From Bugula neritina (lineage: Eukaryota; Animalia; Bryozoa), in NCBI GenBank assembly GCA_964035545.1, contig OZ037770.1, forward strand, positions 15,242,642 through 15,306,641: a stretch of 64,000 nucleotides of DNA, written 5' to 3'. Made by a program: the position numbers and the translations under genes. The stretch's first letter is position 1; each line of letters starts with the position of its first letter. Positions 11,328 through 25,942 of this stretch are shown piece after piece. The notes below the pieces were generated by a model. The model did no database searches and was not told where the DNA came from. It saw only the letters and a list, made by a program, of their open reading frames with translations.

Positions 11328-14300
11328 TCACAATTTTAGTGTTTGCACGATTCCATTTTCTTCATTTTTGACAGGAAGTTCTATCTTTTTGATGACAGGT
11401 TCATACTCTGGCTCCAGTTCAACTGTGGCCAACATGTTATCTAGTCTAATGTCTTCTTCGCTATCCACTAGCTGGTCTTTGGTCAGGTACCACTTGGAGT
11501 CGTGTTCCCTTCTCCTTTTATATACCGTGTCTGCCCTACAACAATACATTCTGCTGCTAATTTAAATAACTCAAACTTTACTTTGAGCGTCTTATGCCTT
11601 TGTGTTTGAGGGATTGTGTACAAAAGTAACTCTAGGAAGTATGAACAAGATAGAATATATGTTTCTATATAAACTGTTGATAGATTATTCATAGACTGTG
11701 TATAGACTGTGAATAGACTGTGTATATACTGTGTATAGACTGAGAATAGACTAAGAATAGACTGTGTATAGACTGAGAGTATAGACTAAGAATAGACTGA
11801 GAGTATGGACTGTGTATAGACTGAGTGTATAGACTGTGTACAGACGGTGCTTAGCGGTTTTGGAGTTATTTTTTTTAAGAAACTGGTATTATGTTTGATG
11901 AAAAGAATTGCATCATTATTTGTATTTAGCATAAAAAATATCTAAAATCTCACCAAAAAACATAAACATTTTTGAACAGTGACATCTCAAAAATGCAATA
12001 ATTATTATATAATCATATCTAACCATCTAATTTTCTAATACTGTTTTTATATTTGCATTGGAAAAGAATTGTAACTTTGAAGTTATCTCCTCCTATGAAT
12101 GACATTTATTGCATGTGCGGGGAAATTTTTTCAAGTTGTAATTAGATAATGTTGTGGCTGTCAAATAAATTTGTTGAGAGAAACTAACTTATTCCTAACA
12201 ATATAATATGCAGACTCATGCTTTTTCTTGCAAATGGCATAAAAGTAAAATCAAGCTTGTGGCATAACCTATATGTATTTTACCTACGCACTAGTATTCG
12301 ACACTGTAGATTTCATTGAACTACAACTATAAATAATGAAATTTTAGTTTATTGGTGGATATATTACAGTGAAAAAATTGTTAATAGCTATAAGAATATA
12401 AAAGTTGGATAGGTGTCATGGTAGGATTTTGCAAACAACCATAAATGATGAAAGTTAAAGAATTTGTATTATGTTAGAACTGCGTGTTGCATGTATAGCA
12501 GCTATATACAATTATGACTTTTACATGAAGAAATTTCATATTTGAACAAAAAAATATATCCTTTCCAATTTCACATGACATCTGGTTACTATAGTTGCTT
12601 ATTATAGAAGTAATCTAAAAGTATGTTGATTTCTAATTTTGTAAAGTTTGCTGAGAAATCAAACTTTTTGTTAAGTATTTAATTTCTTTAGAAAAAAAGA
12701 GATATGGAGTTATTAAGTCAACCCACTTTAAAACAGTTACATAAGTAAAGGCCTTTTAGCATTTGCATGCAGTTGGTTCAAACGTGCAAGACTCACGCAA
12801 ATAACTATAAATCGGAAGTATAATTTGTGTTACCGACATATACTTTACTCTACTACACTTTGCTATACAAATCACTTTTAAGAGGAAACTGACATTTGAA
12901 CCTTAGATATAACTTTAAAACCTCTTCCCATTTATAACAACTTTTATTTTAATTATTTAATTATTGTAATTAGCATTAGATTATAATATTGTGACCAAGG
13001 AGAAGCCTAATATGGAAAAGCTTATTAACCCTAAATATGCATTAAAATATAGCCTTAATATCTATAGACTTCCCTTGTAATTATGTTTTAATGATATTTT
13101 TCTATTTTTAGAACTTCCTTCTAGATTGTGATTGGTCGCTATAAATAGAATATCAATCTGAAATACATTATACAATTAAAACTATATATTGCTACAAAAT
13201 AAGATTAACTAAAGCTGATGCAGAGAATTGCTTTACGCCGTGTAAAATGCTACACAATTTAGCTATTTTTAATTTTAAATAGAGGAGAGATTTGGGTGCT
13301 GTCAGCTGTCTAACAACTTGATTGTGATTGGGTGCTGGAATGTTTCGGTTGAAAGAATTTATTAAAGCTTTTTGTAAGCTATGAAAAATTTAAAAGAATT
13401 ATAAATTAGATGACAAAAGTTTACTGTTTATATACTGAGGTAGTGCTACGCCTAGATGTTAAAATACTATGTTTAGGTGCTATAGACGTATAAATTTTCA
13501 TAAGCAATAAACATAGGGTAACCAAAGCAATAGACATAGACCAGCTAGTATCTCGTCTCTAAACTCACTGGCCGTCTGGTCTAGTTAGCAGCTAAATTTA
13601 GCAGTAGGGGGAAGGTCAAGGGTTCAATAATTGACTTACATAAGAGCTTCAATTGAACACACTGTGTCTCTACTTTTCTCTTGATTGGCTTTCTTCATGG
13701 CCAACCCCATTTCATAAAGTCGGTTTTCACCTTCTAGCATCTGTAAGTATCTCTCAAACTCTATTGCTACAGAAAACAAGTTAATGAGAAACTTAGAAGC
13801 AATGTAATGTAATAGATACACATGTGGGAATATCTATTCACCAAGTAAACTAGTACAGATGTGAGAAGGTTTAATGGTCTCTATTACTGATAATTATTTT
13901 GATGGTGTATAAAATTAAGAAAAGCATGCATGGATCTGGGAAAACAATTGCAATTTTGCAAAGAAATGTAAAGCTCTCAAATTCAAAATAAGTTTTTTGG
14001 ATAAAAATAGGTTGAATTCAAAAATTGTAGTTTTCACCACTTAACCATGTCAAGTATCGTACTAATTATATTAAATATGCATGTTATATATAGTTATAAG
14101 AGAAGAAGGAATGTAAAAGTTTTGCAAGAAAATTATGGAGATGAAGAATTTCAAAGGAGTTATATATAAGCTTGGGAAAAATTGGAAGGAATTAGAAGAT
14201 CCGAGTAATTTATGAGTTTATGTATAAATTTAACTGAATTAGTTAAGCAATTACATATTACATGGGATGGGTGTTACTCCAGCATAAATAATTTTAGGAA

Positions 14301-14655
14301 ATTATTCAACATAGTGCACTAATAAGACCGAATAAATTCCAATTGTTTTCTACATCAACCATCTTTCCACAACTTGTTGTGGTGTAACTGCAATACTATA
14401 TTAGCATATTAACCAATTCCTTACTAGTTTGCACCATAATTAGATATTGAAAACCAAGATTTAGCCCTGTGCCCCTCTCCCTTCTCATATGCACTGCAGC
14501 TCCCACTACTGCTAAACATGACTTCAAAGTGAAATTGTTACTCATTTACCCTCTTTTGACGGGATGTTCTCCTTGTGTATTGTATCGGTAGGCTTTAACG
14601 TCTGCCAGTATTTATAATTCACAACTTCTCCATTGATCTGATGTCCCATCTTCAT
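11328..14655 (-). CDS. Three-exon gene, ~146-aa protein of unknown function
   Basis: Exons 14655-14550 (phase 1), 13766-13640 (phase 2), 11535-11328 join in frame: MKMGHQINGEVVNYKYWQTLKPTDTIHKENIPSKEAIEFERYLQMLEGENRLYEMGLAMKKANQEKSRDTVCSIEALMADTVYKRRREHDSKWYLTKDQLVDSEEDIRLDNMLATVELEPEYEPVIKKIELPVKNEENGIVQTLKL*. Further upstream exons possible. Confidence 0.7.
11691..11843. repeat. ~12-bp minisatellite (TATAGACTGTG/AGAATAGACTG variants), intronic
   Basis: Tandem degenerate atagactgtgt units visible directly. Confidence 0.85.
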
Positions 14656-17582
14656 CAACCTTTGCCTTTACATATAAAAACTTGAATTAGATGAAAATTT
14701 GTATGAAATGTCTTGAGACAGACAGACAGACAGACAGTCTACTGTTGAGATATACAGAGTACATTGATAAGTTTGACTGCATTATTAAACTCAAAAACAC
14801 ATTTTACACTATATCAAATAAAATAAAAATGTTTTAAAACTTACTTCTGCCTTCACAGTTTATATTAAATGACAAATTAAATTTAGGTGCTGAAAAAATT
14901 GTATATTCTTGTGTTATGTTTGATTAAAAACTCAGTTTTACCTGTTTAAGGTGAAGTTATATAAACTCTTCGTGTTTTTTGCTATAGTCTTAGGACTGAC
15001 TAGGCTACACAACTGATAAGCAACTCATTTGTAATATAATTGTATTTGAATACTTGACCTGAACAATGGCCTATTGATCACTCAGTGTATATTGTCAGGG
15101 CAATATTGACATTCTATGATAAGCCAAATCAAACAAACTATTTACAAAAACTATAATCGTTGAGTAAAAGTTGAAAATGACTCCAGTATTTAGTTAGTAG
15201 GCTGCTGACCTTCTATGGCAGCATTTATTATTTGCATGTTCTAAGTTCATGCTAATGACCAAGTATACTCATAAAGTATTGATATTCTATTACATTGTCA
15301 TATTATAACATAGTACGTTGTATTTTAGTAAATTGTTATATTGTATTTTATTTTCTTTCTCTATATTTCATATCAAACACTATATTACATTGTGATATAT
15401 AATATTGTATTATATTTTGATGTAATACAATAAAATGCATTATATTACATTGTATAATGGTTAAAACAACACCACATTCTAACACAAATGACTTTCATTA
15501 AACATTATTTTTCACTGCCACATCTCTTTGAGTTTTGAAGAAATGTAAGCAGTCTATAATTAGTGGAACGTTGACTTAGGATAGACTAAGCTCTCACTAA
15601 GCCCATGCAGCATGATGGGAAATTAGGGCGAGGCCCCATGCTAAAGTTGGTAGCAAGAGCATGGGAAGGTTTACACCCCACCCTAAACCTAACTAGATTA
15701 ATTTCACATGAGTTGTTACTACAAACAACTGAGTTGTACTCAAGAAAGGGGGGGTAAGGGGGGTGGTAAGGGGTGTGAAGACGGAACTGTTGCATAACAA
15801 TACATTCCAATCTAATAACTTAATTTAGAAATATTGACCTCCTTAAACAGATGGAATGTAATAACACAAAACGCATTATATATGCAAATTATTCGGTGTC
15901 TAATGTGTCAACGTTTACTTTTTAATAGGAATTTGGAAAAGCATGTGTTCTAAATAAAAAATACATTTCCAAACATGCTAGCTTTTAGACACAAGTGAAA
16001 AACTTAGGCTAGTCACTTAATTTTCAATGCACCTGAATGTGTTTGAATTAAAGTCAAGTGAAGCATCTGCATTGCTTTGTGCAATCAGCAAAGTAGAATG
16101 AAAACCGTTAAGTAAGCATAGAAACGAATGATATACCAGAACATTGAGTTATATAACTGTAGACCTCAGTGTTCTACAAAATGAGTCAAAGGCACTTGAC
16201 TGGATATTCCAGATGCTTCTTTTTACATGCAGGTAGCAACATTTAGTCAACCAATCGGGTTAAATAGGAGCTTCTACCCTGCAGCAAGATGTCTCTGTTT
16301 AAAGGCCAAGGTACTTGGAAATGTGGACTTACAAAACATTTTCCAGCCTTTTTCAAACTTAAGCTACTGTTTTTTTTGTTCAAGATCTATATTTCATTAC
16401 TTTGTTAAATATCTATAGCATAAGAATATGAAATAATTCAACCCAAAGCCCTTATCTATAGTGACTATCTAAGCTTTAATCCATGCAGCACCAGCTTTCC
16501 GAGGAAAAACAATTATTTCAGCAGCTAATAAGAATATACTAAATCTCACCGTAAACTCCTGAGCTACTATAACTTAGTTGCCTTGTTGCTAGAAGTCATG
16601 CTAGTAATACTACATCTTAATAGCTGCCTTAGTCTTACACTTAAAGCAAACTGCTTAATCTGATTATAACATATCAAGTTGAGTGGATACTTCAAAACTA
16701 AACTCTATTATCCGAATGCATTTCCTACAAGTTTATGTGTTTGTAAGGTTGACCAGCTGGCTGTATTAACATTTTATTATGTGAAGTAACCGACTGAATG
16801 AACACAACTATTCAAGTATTGCACTTGATTAGCTGTTAAGAAATATAATCTAGTCTATAGGTTATAGCAGCTTGCATGCTTTTACTTTGGTGTATTATTC
16901 AATTTGCTTTGAAGAATAGAGTTAATTAGCCAGTATAAATGGAATGCAAGAATATGCTGCGTTGCTTTTACATGTGATAAATGAAAAAGTCAATTTATGC
17001 GTGCACCTCTATAAATATTGACGGCTGAGCAATCCAATGGGCAAAGGGTGTGTGTACAAAGTAACATATTTTCATGTCATTTTGCCATTTTCCCAATTAG
17101 GTTTCATCCTTTAAAATGATTATCATAAATTAACTTCCTTTGTACGTCTATGCCTGCACCACCATATGAAAGATGTGTAAATACTCAATTGAACAAGCAA
17201 AAATTAGTCAATTACACCTCGTGATTCAAAAGGAGTGGATAAAACTACTTTTTCCTTTACATGAAAATTGCATAAGTCTTTTGAAAAAAAGGGAAAAACA
17301 TTGCTTCAAGGTTCAAATTCACGTTGAGAAAATATTTAGAGATTGAAGGAAGTAAACAATTAAGCATACTACTCTCAACAATGTTGAAAAGTAAATGCAT
17401 TTCATTACATAACTAAAAGGTGCATCCTTAAAATGTCTACACCCCTGGTTGCAGCTGCAATGTATTAATTTTGTTTTAAAGAGTTGTTGGAAATTTATTT
17501 TACACAAGTCTTCACTTCTCAAATCATATTGTGAGAGGAAGAGAAACCGACCACTACATGTACAGTCCCCACCAAGCAAAAT

Positions 17583-20136
17583 ATGAAGTACCAAGTTTTC
17601 CTGCTACTAGCATCGGTAGCTGTCAACCACGGAAATCCTCTGACAACCTCGTAAGTTGGTTTATAAATAATAATTATTTAACTATTAATTATTAATTATG
17701 CTATGTATTGCATATTGTTAGCAATTATCGATAATGATGTACATTAGCTGTCACACTGTCAAGTGAATATATCTCAGTGTACTCTGCAGTTATTCTAGAC
17801 TGTTTAAAATCCTAATATGTTTTTAATATGCATATTTTTGCTATTTGTTGGCTAATTTCTAAATGACTATGTAAGAGTTATGTTGGTGATGCAGCAGTGA
17901 TAGATGCTGTATAGTAGGTTAAAAAATCATTAGTTCAATTAAGTGATAGAATTATATAATAGAACATGTTGCGTATCATAATAATATTATGTATATGGCA
18001 ATGTAATGACAAATGTATTAATCCGATATATGATAGACTTATATATCCTAATATTGGAGTTCATATAATAACATTATGTTAGCATAAAATGATGTTATAG
18101 TCTTTTTATTATCGTTAAGCTATTTATATAACCTCTATCTCAGAAAAATAATTTCTGAAAAATAAAAAAACTCGAAAAAATGATTTTTCGAGAAACAATC
18201 TGTCTTTTAACGATTTATAGTTGGCCATATTTGCACTTCCTTTTGATTGTAGAATTACCAGCCCTCAGCCTACAACGAAATATTGGCAAGAATGTCCACC
18301 TTGGGTGAGAGTTCTGATTAAAGACTCCGGAATTGATATTCAGTGTGCTTCAGCAGCTACCACTCCTCTGACACCTGCAGCTACCACTCCTCTGACACCC
18401 GCAGGTACCACCCCTCTGACACCTGCAGCTACCACACCTCTGACACCTGCAGCTACCACTCCTCTGACACCTGCAGCTACCACCCCTCTGACACCTGCAG
18501 CTACCACTCCTCTGACACCTGCAGCTACCACTCCTGTGACACCTGCAGCTACCACCCCACTGACACCTGCAGCTACCACACCACTGACACCCGGAACAAC
18601 CACACCTCCAGCTGTAGGGGATGTGACGGAAACACCAGCAGCAGTAAAGGAAGTAGAGATGATTGGTACCTCGAAGACGAGAGTAATGGAAACAGAACCT
18701 CCAGCCATACTTCCTCTGCAGTTCCCAGGAACAGACATGGGGATGGCTGCCGAGTCAGTGAATATGCCATCAGTTAGCCAATCAGCATTGGAGCCTGCAT
18801 CAAATCCCCAAATGGTGGCATCAAGTATATCTGATGTTACTTTGACCTTAAGTACGACATTGGCACCCGGACCTCCAAATGCACCAGCTGCACCAGCTGC
18901 ACCAGCTGCACCAGCTGCACCAGCTGCACCAGCTGCACCAGAATTACCATCTGCACCAGTTTCAACATCTGCACCAGGTTCAACATCTGCACCAGTTCCA
19001 ACATCTGCACCAGTTTCAACGTCTGCACCAGGTTCAACATCTGCACCAGTTTCGACATCTGCACCAGAATTATCATCTGCCCCTGAAGTAACATCTGCAT
19101 TAGTTTCAACATCTGCACCAGTTTCAACATCTGCACCAGTTTCAATGTCTGCACCAGGTTCAACATCTGCACCAGTTTCAACATCTGCACCAGTTTCAAC
19201 ATCTGCACCGGTTTCAACATCTGCACCAGAATTACCATCTGCACCAGTTTCAACACCTGCCCCTGAAGTAACATCTGCACCAGGTTTAACATCTGCACCC
19301 GAAGTAACATCTGCACCAGTTTCAACGTCTGCACCAGGTTCAACATCTGCACCAGTTTCATCATCTGCACCAGGTTCAACACCTGCACCAGTTCCAACAT
19401 CTGCACCAGTTTCCACACCTGCACCAGGTTCAACATCTGCACCAGGTTCAACATCTGCACCAGAATTACCATCCGCACCAGGTTCAACATCTGCACCAGG
19501 TTCAACAGCTGCACCAGTTTCAACATCTACACCAGTTTCAACATCTGCACCAGTTTCAACATCTGCACCGGTTTCAACATCTGCACCAGGTTCAACACCT
19601 GCACCAGTTCCAACATCTGCACCAGTTTCAACGTCTGCACCAGGTTCAACATCTGCACCAGTTTCAACATCTGCAACAGTTTCAACATCTGCGCCAGGTT
19701 CAACATCTGCACCAGGTTCAACATCTGCACCTGAAGTAACATCTGCACCAGTTTCAACATCTGCACCAGGTTCAACATCTGCAAACCTGCTATCAAAACC
19801 ATTCATCTTCGGGAAGACACCTCAATTTCTGCAACATCCAAACTGTCCAGGCGTTAAAGGTAAGTTTTGCCTTGCATATCTACACCAAACCACTTGTCCT
19901 TGGGCATCCTAAATAGTTATTTATAAGTTTCCAATGATCTGCTTTCACATTACACATCAGTTGCTTACTTTTATGTTGAACTTGCAGTGCTGCTTGGGTC
20001 AAAGTGTAAAGTCTTCAACCGACAAAGATGTGGTCCCTTCATGCTATACGACCTCTTCTACTGTGTCTGCAACTTTATGAGTCGAGTGAATGCGGCTACG
20101 TGCAGCTCCCAACCTCTGAGTCGTCTACAACCATGA
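17583..20136 (+). CDS. Secreted mucin-like protein A (~607 aa) with C-terminal 6-Cys chitin-binding-like module
   Basis: Exons 17583-17650 (signal peptide [17 protein letters not shown], phase 2), 18253-19859 (P/T/S/A repeats, phase 1), 19988-20136; module [44 protein letters not shown]. Confidence 0.88.
18353..19780 (+). repeat. Coding tandem repeats of mucin A: 24-bp (AATTPLTP)x10, 9-bp (APA), 18-bp ([12 protein letters not shown])
   Basis: Directly visible in DNA and in ORF 18221..19912. Confidence 0.95.
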
Positions 20137-20692
20137 CCTTCCAATCGTTGACAACTTTGACCTCTGACCCCTGAATCATTCACAGTTATAATTCAGTCTA
20201 ACTGCCTGAGCTGCAACATTTTTTATGATAGATTTGAAAATTCTTATACTCAATTTTGCTTTAAAAACATCAAGTGTTTGTTACAAAATTTTATCAAACT
20301 TTGTCATGCTTGCGATTGTAAAACTTTTAGTATTTTTTTATTAAACTGATTTTTTAGAAATTTGCTTGTAAATTTGAATTTTATTCAACACGGAGACAAA
20401 TATATGTCACAATTCACACAACTGCATATAACATGCAACTTAGTTTTAAGACCTAATTAATTATTATCCTGTAACTATTTAAAATTGCACCTCATTGAAT
20501 AATGTTATTAAAGCAGTCTTACATACTTCTTGGTAAAGTATTTAGTCTAAACAACGGTAAACATCGAGACTACAATGAAATGCTGAATCGTTACTGTCTT
20601 TTGATTCAAAAGAAATGCAGCTGCATATTACCACATGGAATGTCTAAAAATAGTTTTGATCAAAACACAGTTAAATAATTGGTATGGTAAAT

Positions 20693-20894
20693 AAAACTCA
20701 CGCAAGTCCCTGTGAGAAACCCCTGATAGAAAGGGTTTTTGATAAAGCGGGCTAAGGACTTATTTAAATGAGGCACAGGAGCAATTATGACTGGATGCTC
20801 TTCCTAACATCACCAATGGCCTTTGTCTGGGCTCGAACCCATGACCTCCTGTTTACTAGACAAACGCTCTAACCCCTAGACCACGGCTGCTCCC
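20693..20894 (-). mobile_element. tRNA-derived SINE, copy 1
   Basis: Reverse complement of the element at 39139-39350; A box TGGTCTAGGGG and B box GGTTCGAGCCC; 17-bp TSD TAATTGGTATGGTAAAT at 20676-20692 and 20895-20911. Confidence 0.9.
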
Positions 20895-21281
20895 TAATTG
20901 GTATGGTAAATTTTGCCATTATAGTTGGTAATGCTATTGTATACAGTAGCTTGTCTGAATTAGTAAGAAGATAAATCCATATAATATTCAAAAATAAAAT
21001 TGTTGATTTTAGCAAGCAAAAACTTTTGGTTAGGATAATCCATTAAAAGAAAATATTTATGCAACTAGTATGCATCTGTGCATTTTTATTTACAATAAAT
21101 GTAATTAAAATTATCTATTTATATTACAACTCTGTAATCAAAACAGCATTAATTATGATTTAATAAGTATTTTAAAGCCAACTTTCTGAGTAAATAGTTA
21201 TTAACAAGTTAGAATATTTAATAAGACTTTTAGAATCACAATTTTAAATTGTATGAAAAACAACCCAGTTTTGCTAGCCGT

Positions 21282-21321
21282 ACTGTATCAACTGTATCAA
21301 CTGTATCAACTGTATCAACTA
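21282..21321. repeat. 9-bp tandem repeat (ACTGTATCA)x4
   Basis: Directly visible. Confidence 0.85.
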
Positions 21322-24300
21322 TATAGTTTTGGTATGTTGCCAGATCTTTTATATAAACTCATATGAAATGTTAATTGACACATCTAAGCAGCCTCTGTAG
21401 GTGTTCAGATTCAGAAATGAAAGATACTGCTATGTTAAGCCTCCCTCTAATAAAATGAAACACCCAACACTGATAGAACCCCAGCTGCTTCAATTAAAGT
21501 TTAAATAAAGTTTAAATACCATTAGAGATCATCATTCATAGACTTCTACTGTTAATTATGCAAATATTTATTATTTAGAGATACATGCAATAAATAATTT
21601 GACAAAATTGTTTTTTTAACTGATTTATATTTTGTAAAATCATGAAACTATAAAACAAAACCTATATGCAGTAACAGTGGATAAATTATTTCAGCCTGAT
21701 TAGGGTAGACCTATAGTGAGTGTGTTAAAAGACAGGAGCTTCTTCAGCTGACTGAGAAAGCAATTTGCTGTCAATCAGGTTTCAGCTACTGCTGCTATCA
21801 ACTGCCTAATAAGTAGAATAAAATCTATAGCTGAAAGATTAAAATCTTGCTGTTTGATAAAATATAATAGAGTAGTTTGCCACAGCAGGAGTATATTCAA
21901 ATACAGGAGTTTCTTCTACATATTTCAAAACGAACCAAATATATTAATGACTGGTTTTGTTTTCATAACATTTATAGAACTGCTATAACTGAGCTGCTAA
22001 TAGCTTAGGTCTCTTAAATGTATTTTTGATTGATAATCTATAGTCTAGTTCAATTAATTTACTATTTTCATAACCACTATAGCTAAAAATAAAAACTTTA
22101 TGTAACTTACTAATTAAGAATGTGTCTAACTGAAACAAAACAATAACTTTATTATCAAAAATTGCAAATTCTTGAACGTTTGGGCAGTTGATTATGATTT
22201 TTATAATCTGTTACTTTGAAAATGCAAAAATAATGAGTCATGGGAATAATATGGACCCGACCTTTATACAGCAAGCTGTCCGCCCAAATGAGTGGAACTA
22301 TAGAGGCATGGAAAGCTTCATTAGTCACGTAATTAGTATCATATTTAAATTTCAGATGCTCCATTTGAAGTACACTTAATTAGCATCACTTATATACAAA
22401 TTCAGTTTTAAAGAGCAATGCTACATAATTATTGAGGTCAATTTCAGTTCTTCAGACACTCCTCTCATTTTCTAGCCAAGTAAACTGTTAATATTATGCA
22501 TACCATAACAAGGGCATGAGAAAAGCAGTGCGTCATCAAATTGAAGAAACATAACATAACATTTGGGTGTATTAAACATTACTATGGCTTATATATCAAT
22601 TAGATTAGGAATTAAACAAAGAAATCGTCAATGGTTTTGTAAAAACATATAATATAACATACATTTATCCAAAGTTGTGGTTATTTATAAAGTTATTAGA
22701 TAATGGGAAGGTTTTGGCAGTCGCAAAAATCAATGGTAACGCCCCCAATCATTCTCTTCAGCATACCTTAAGTAAAGAGATATCGCCACGTGAATAATGC
22801 AATGCTAACTGGTTAGACTACGTATGAAGCAGCATAAATCTTACTGTTTAATGTTATAAAGAAACTGATATATACTCAGGTTATGACCTCAAGTAATACT
22901 TTGGTTAAGATATTAACATGAAACTGTTCAGCTTAAACAACCCGGAAACATTTAAACTAATGCTGCATGAAAACATAAACCAAACTTCAAAACAATATAT
23001 AATTAATTCCTATTTGACAAAGTCCATAAAAGCAAAATTGATAAGTAAGAAAGAGCATGACTTTTATCTTAGTCCTAATGCCTTTCCTTTATTAAGAAAA
23101 TTTTAATGATATTTACTTACGTAAAAACTCGGTGCCTTTTCTTTCTCTTTGAAAATTCTGACCAGAATAATTTTTTTGGCTCAAACTATGCTGGCGCTGT
23201 ATAGCGTTATTGTTATAGGAATAATAATCTAATGTTCACCGTAACATCATGTTCACTGCAAGTATTGTATATGTGTGACACTGAGCAAGTGTCTAGTGGT
23301 AGAAGCTAGCCTAATGGAAGTATCTTAGGAACTGTATATATACGCTCTGTTAGCCTGTAAGATGTCACATGGGGCTTCCATTGCATCTTAGTCCTACATA
23401 AGGTTGTCTTATTTTAGACAAAAAATTTAGTAATTTTCATATGAAAATACAACAATAAAAACAATTGAAATGAACTTCTTTTGATTTTAAAAATTAAGCA
23501 CAAATATTATCATTTGTATAAAATCAAATCGGTACAAACATGGCATAAAACTAGTTATTGCGTTAAGGGTTTTACAAAAAAATTATATTGTTACAAATTT
23601 GGGGAACAAATTGCAGAAATAGAATGCAAACTAGTATCTAAGGAAACCAAATGTAATTTAAAAACTATTCAAAAATGTTAAAAATAATGGCAATAAATGT
23701 GTTAGTCTAGACTCTAGTGTGTATTGGATTTGAAATTTCACAGAGCTTGTATTGCCAGCTTCATGTCAAAATAGCCACATACGGCTTGTTTAATGCAATG
23801 AGTTTACTGTTTAGGGAACCCTTAACTTTGACATATTCATGCTTTTTCTTTCCTTGAGCATAGCTAAACATGAGGTAGAACATACGATTAAGCACACTCT
23901 GTGTAAGAAGTTGTCATCTCTTACTCATTTTCACTCTGTTATATCATACTACCTGTTTGTATGTTGTTATATCATACTACTTGTTTTTATGTTGTCATAA
24001 AACTGTAACGTTGATTGAATTTTACATCCTAAGCAAGAAAGTGTTTGAGAGAGACAGGTGTACCCAGGAGGCAGCCTATACCAATCTTCTACTGTAATGT
24101 GATTACATGGCTGACAAGAAGTTGGTTTTCAAGTATATAGAATACATGAGTAAATTAATTTAAACATGATGCTAGGCTGTACATTGCCCTTCTGCTCATT
24201 AATAATTACTTTAGCTCTCAAATGCCTAATCGACTTATTTAAATTCCATGCATAATTTATGTGGTCTTTCATTCATACTAATTTACCAACAAATCATTTA

Positions 24301-25720
24301 AATTATGGTGCCACAAAACCCCAGCATAGAAATTTTTTGCCAACATTTCCGAAGGAAAAGGGCATTTTTGCAATGTGCAAAACCTGCACTGTACAGTGGA
24401 AACCTAAAGAACCAAAATAATTCAACATGAAAATAATTATGGTTACAGATTAGAATAAATCACAATGAACTAAGTTGGGAAATGCATTGTGAATTCTAAT
24501 ATCATTGTTTACTTTGCATAAATAATACGTTTTTATGCTGATCTACCCTCCTCATCATGCCCTGTCCTCCCAGTTCCAATGCCAGCATATGCTCGTGCAT
24601 TCATTGTTTGTGTGCAAAAGAAACTATTTCATTGAGGCGGTGGTTGCATTACATATTTAATTATTATATTACAATAACCAAATAAATAATATATGGGATG
24701 GTAGCATCTCAGATTATGTTAATAGTATGTACAGTGTCAGTTTTTCACAATAGCGCATTTATTAATATAAACTATTACATTTGGGAGTAAAATTAGAAAC
24801 GTTTTATAGAATGAGACACTTTTGAATTTACGTCAGTTTCAGTTTTTTTTAGTAAATTAGGCTTTTGCATTCACCGTTTTTTGCTAATTTAAAAAGTACA
24901 CTTGCAACCACTCCTAGAGGGGTTTAACTACAAACTGCATATCATTTAACACAAAAATAAGCTTTTAAGTGCTTTTGTAAACAGCTGAAACATGTTTAAA
25001 GCTCAAACATTAACTGCAACTAAAAATAACAAATTAAGTTCTCTGATCCTGCTGAAATTTGGCGCACATCCAAAAAGAACGATTTCTCTGCCTAAAACTA
25101 ATATACCAAGTAGTTGCAAAGAACTCAGAGATTTAAACATACTGCATGGTTTATGGCACTTTGCCCACTCGAAGTATGTCATGTCAATTTAGAATACATA
25201 CAATAGTCATGCTGCCACTCTTAGAAAAGTCAGCTAATAGACTTTCAGAGGAGTGGCTGCCACTTCTCAATCTAGAGAGAGTGCTTCTACTAACTAGACA
25301 CTCTCTGATTGGCTGCAACTCTAATATTAGTATTATTGACAGCTTTTGCAATACTCTCACAAGGCATGTTTAACTGTGATTCGAATTGTACTTAAGCAAG
25401 TGTGAAATATTTGATCTACAATTTTATTTGAATTCTTTTAACTAGAATTTGTTTGTTTCTTCTTTGTTTAAAGTAGAATCAATATTGAACGTACCATGTT
25501 ATTCTGCATGGGTTTGACCAATAATACAGGAATATTTAACCCTAATTTAGGTTGATAAATTAGTACAGGCTTAAATTCATTTACAATAAAAACATCTGCT
25601 TGTTTATTAGTACCAGTATTCTACGTTATTTATAACAAAGATTTGTTTATATTATTTACTTTAATTTTCTAATGGAACTGTGCTATGGTGGGTGCTAAAT
25701 GCAGTTGAATACACACATTT

Positions 25721-25912
25721 GATTGGCCAATTAAAATGATGTTTTAAAAAGCAACCAATCAAAAATCAGATACAATTACTAGTAATTAACAAATGCAACT
25801 AATTTAAATTTCGACTCAAAATAGCACTTAAGCATATTTCTTACCCGCCCAAGAATGGTAGTATCCTTCCTATAAGATATAAATATAGCTTACGCTGCCC
25901 TTCTGTCTCAGT
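25721..25912 (+). promoter_or_regulatory. Core promoter of mucin B: CCAAT boxes, TATA box, Inr
   Basis: ATTGG/CCAAT at ~25722-25731 and ~25755; TATAAATA at 25878; Inr TCAGT at 25908-25912 (A is 32 nt after the TATA start); ATG at 25943. Confidence 0.65.
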
Positions 25913-25942
25913 GTACGACAGAAAGGCTTACTGGAAACTACC

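Noticed and set aside
15748-15775. G-rich tract with G-quadruplex potential
   Set aside because: Isolated, probably part of an unidentified repeat; no functional context.
21000-25400. Short 60-90 aa ORFs in AT-rich intergenic DNA (also 30.3-33.6 kb, 37-41.5 kb, 53.7-55.2 kb)
   Set aside because: Composition mirrors AT-rich non-coding DNA; no splice-consistent models or motifs.
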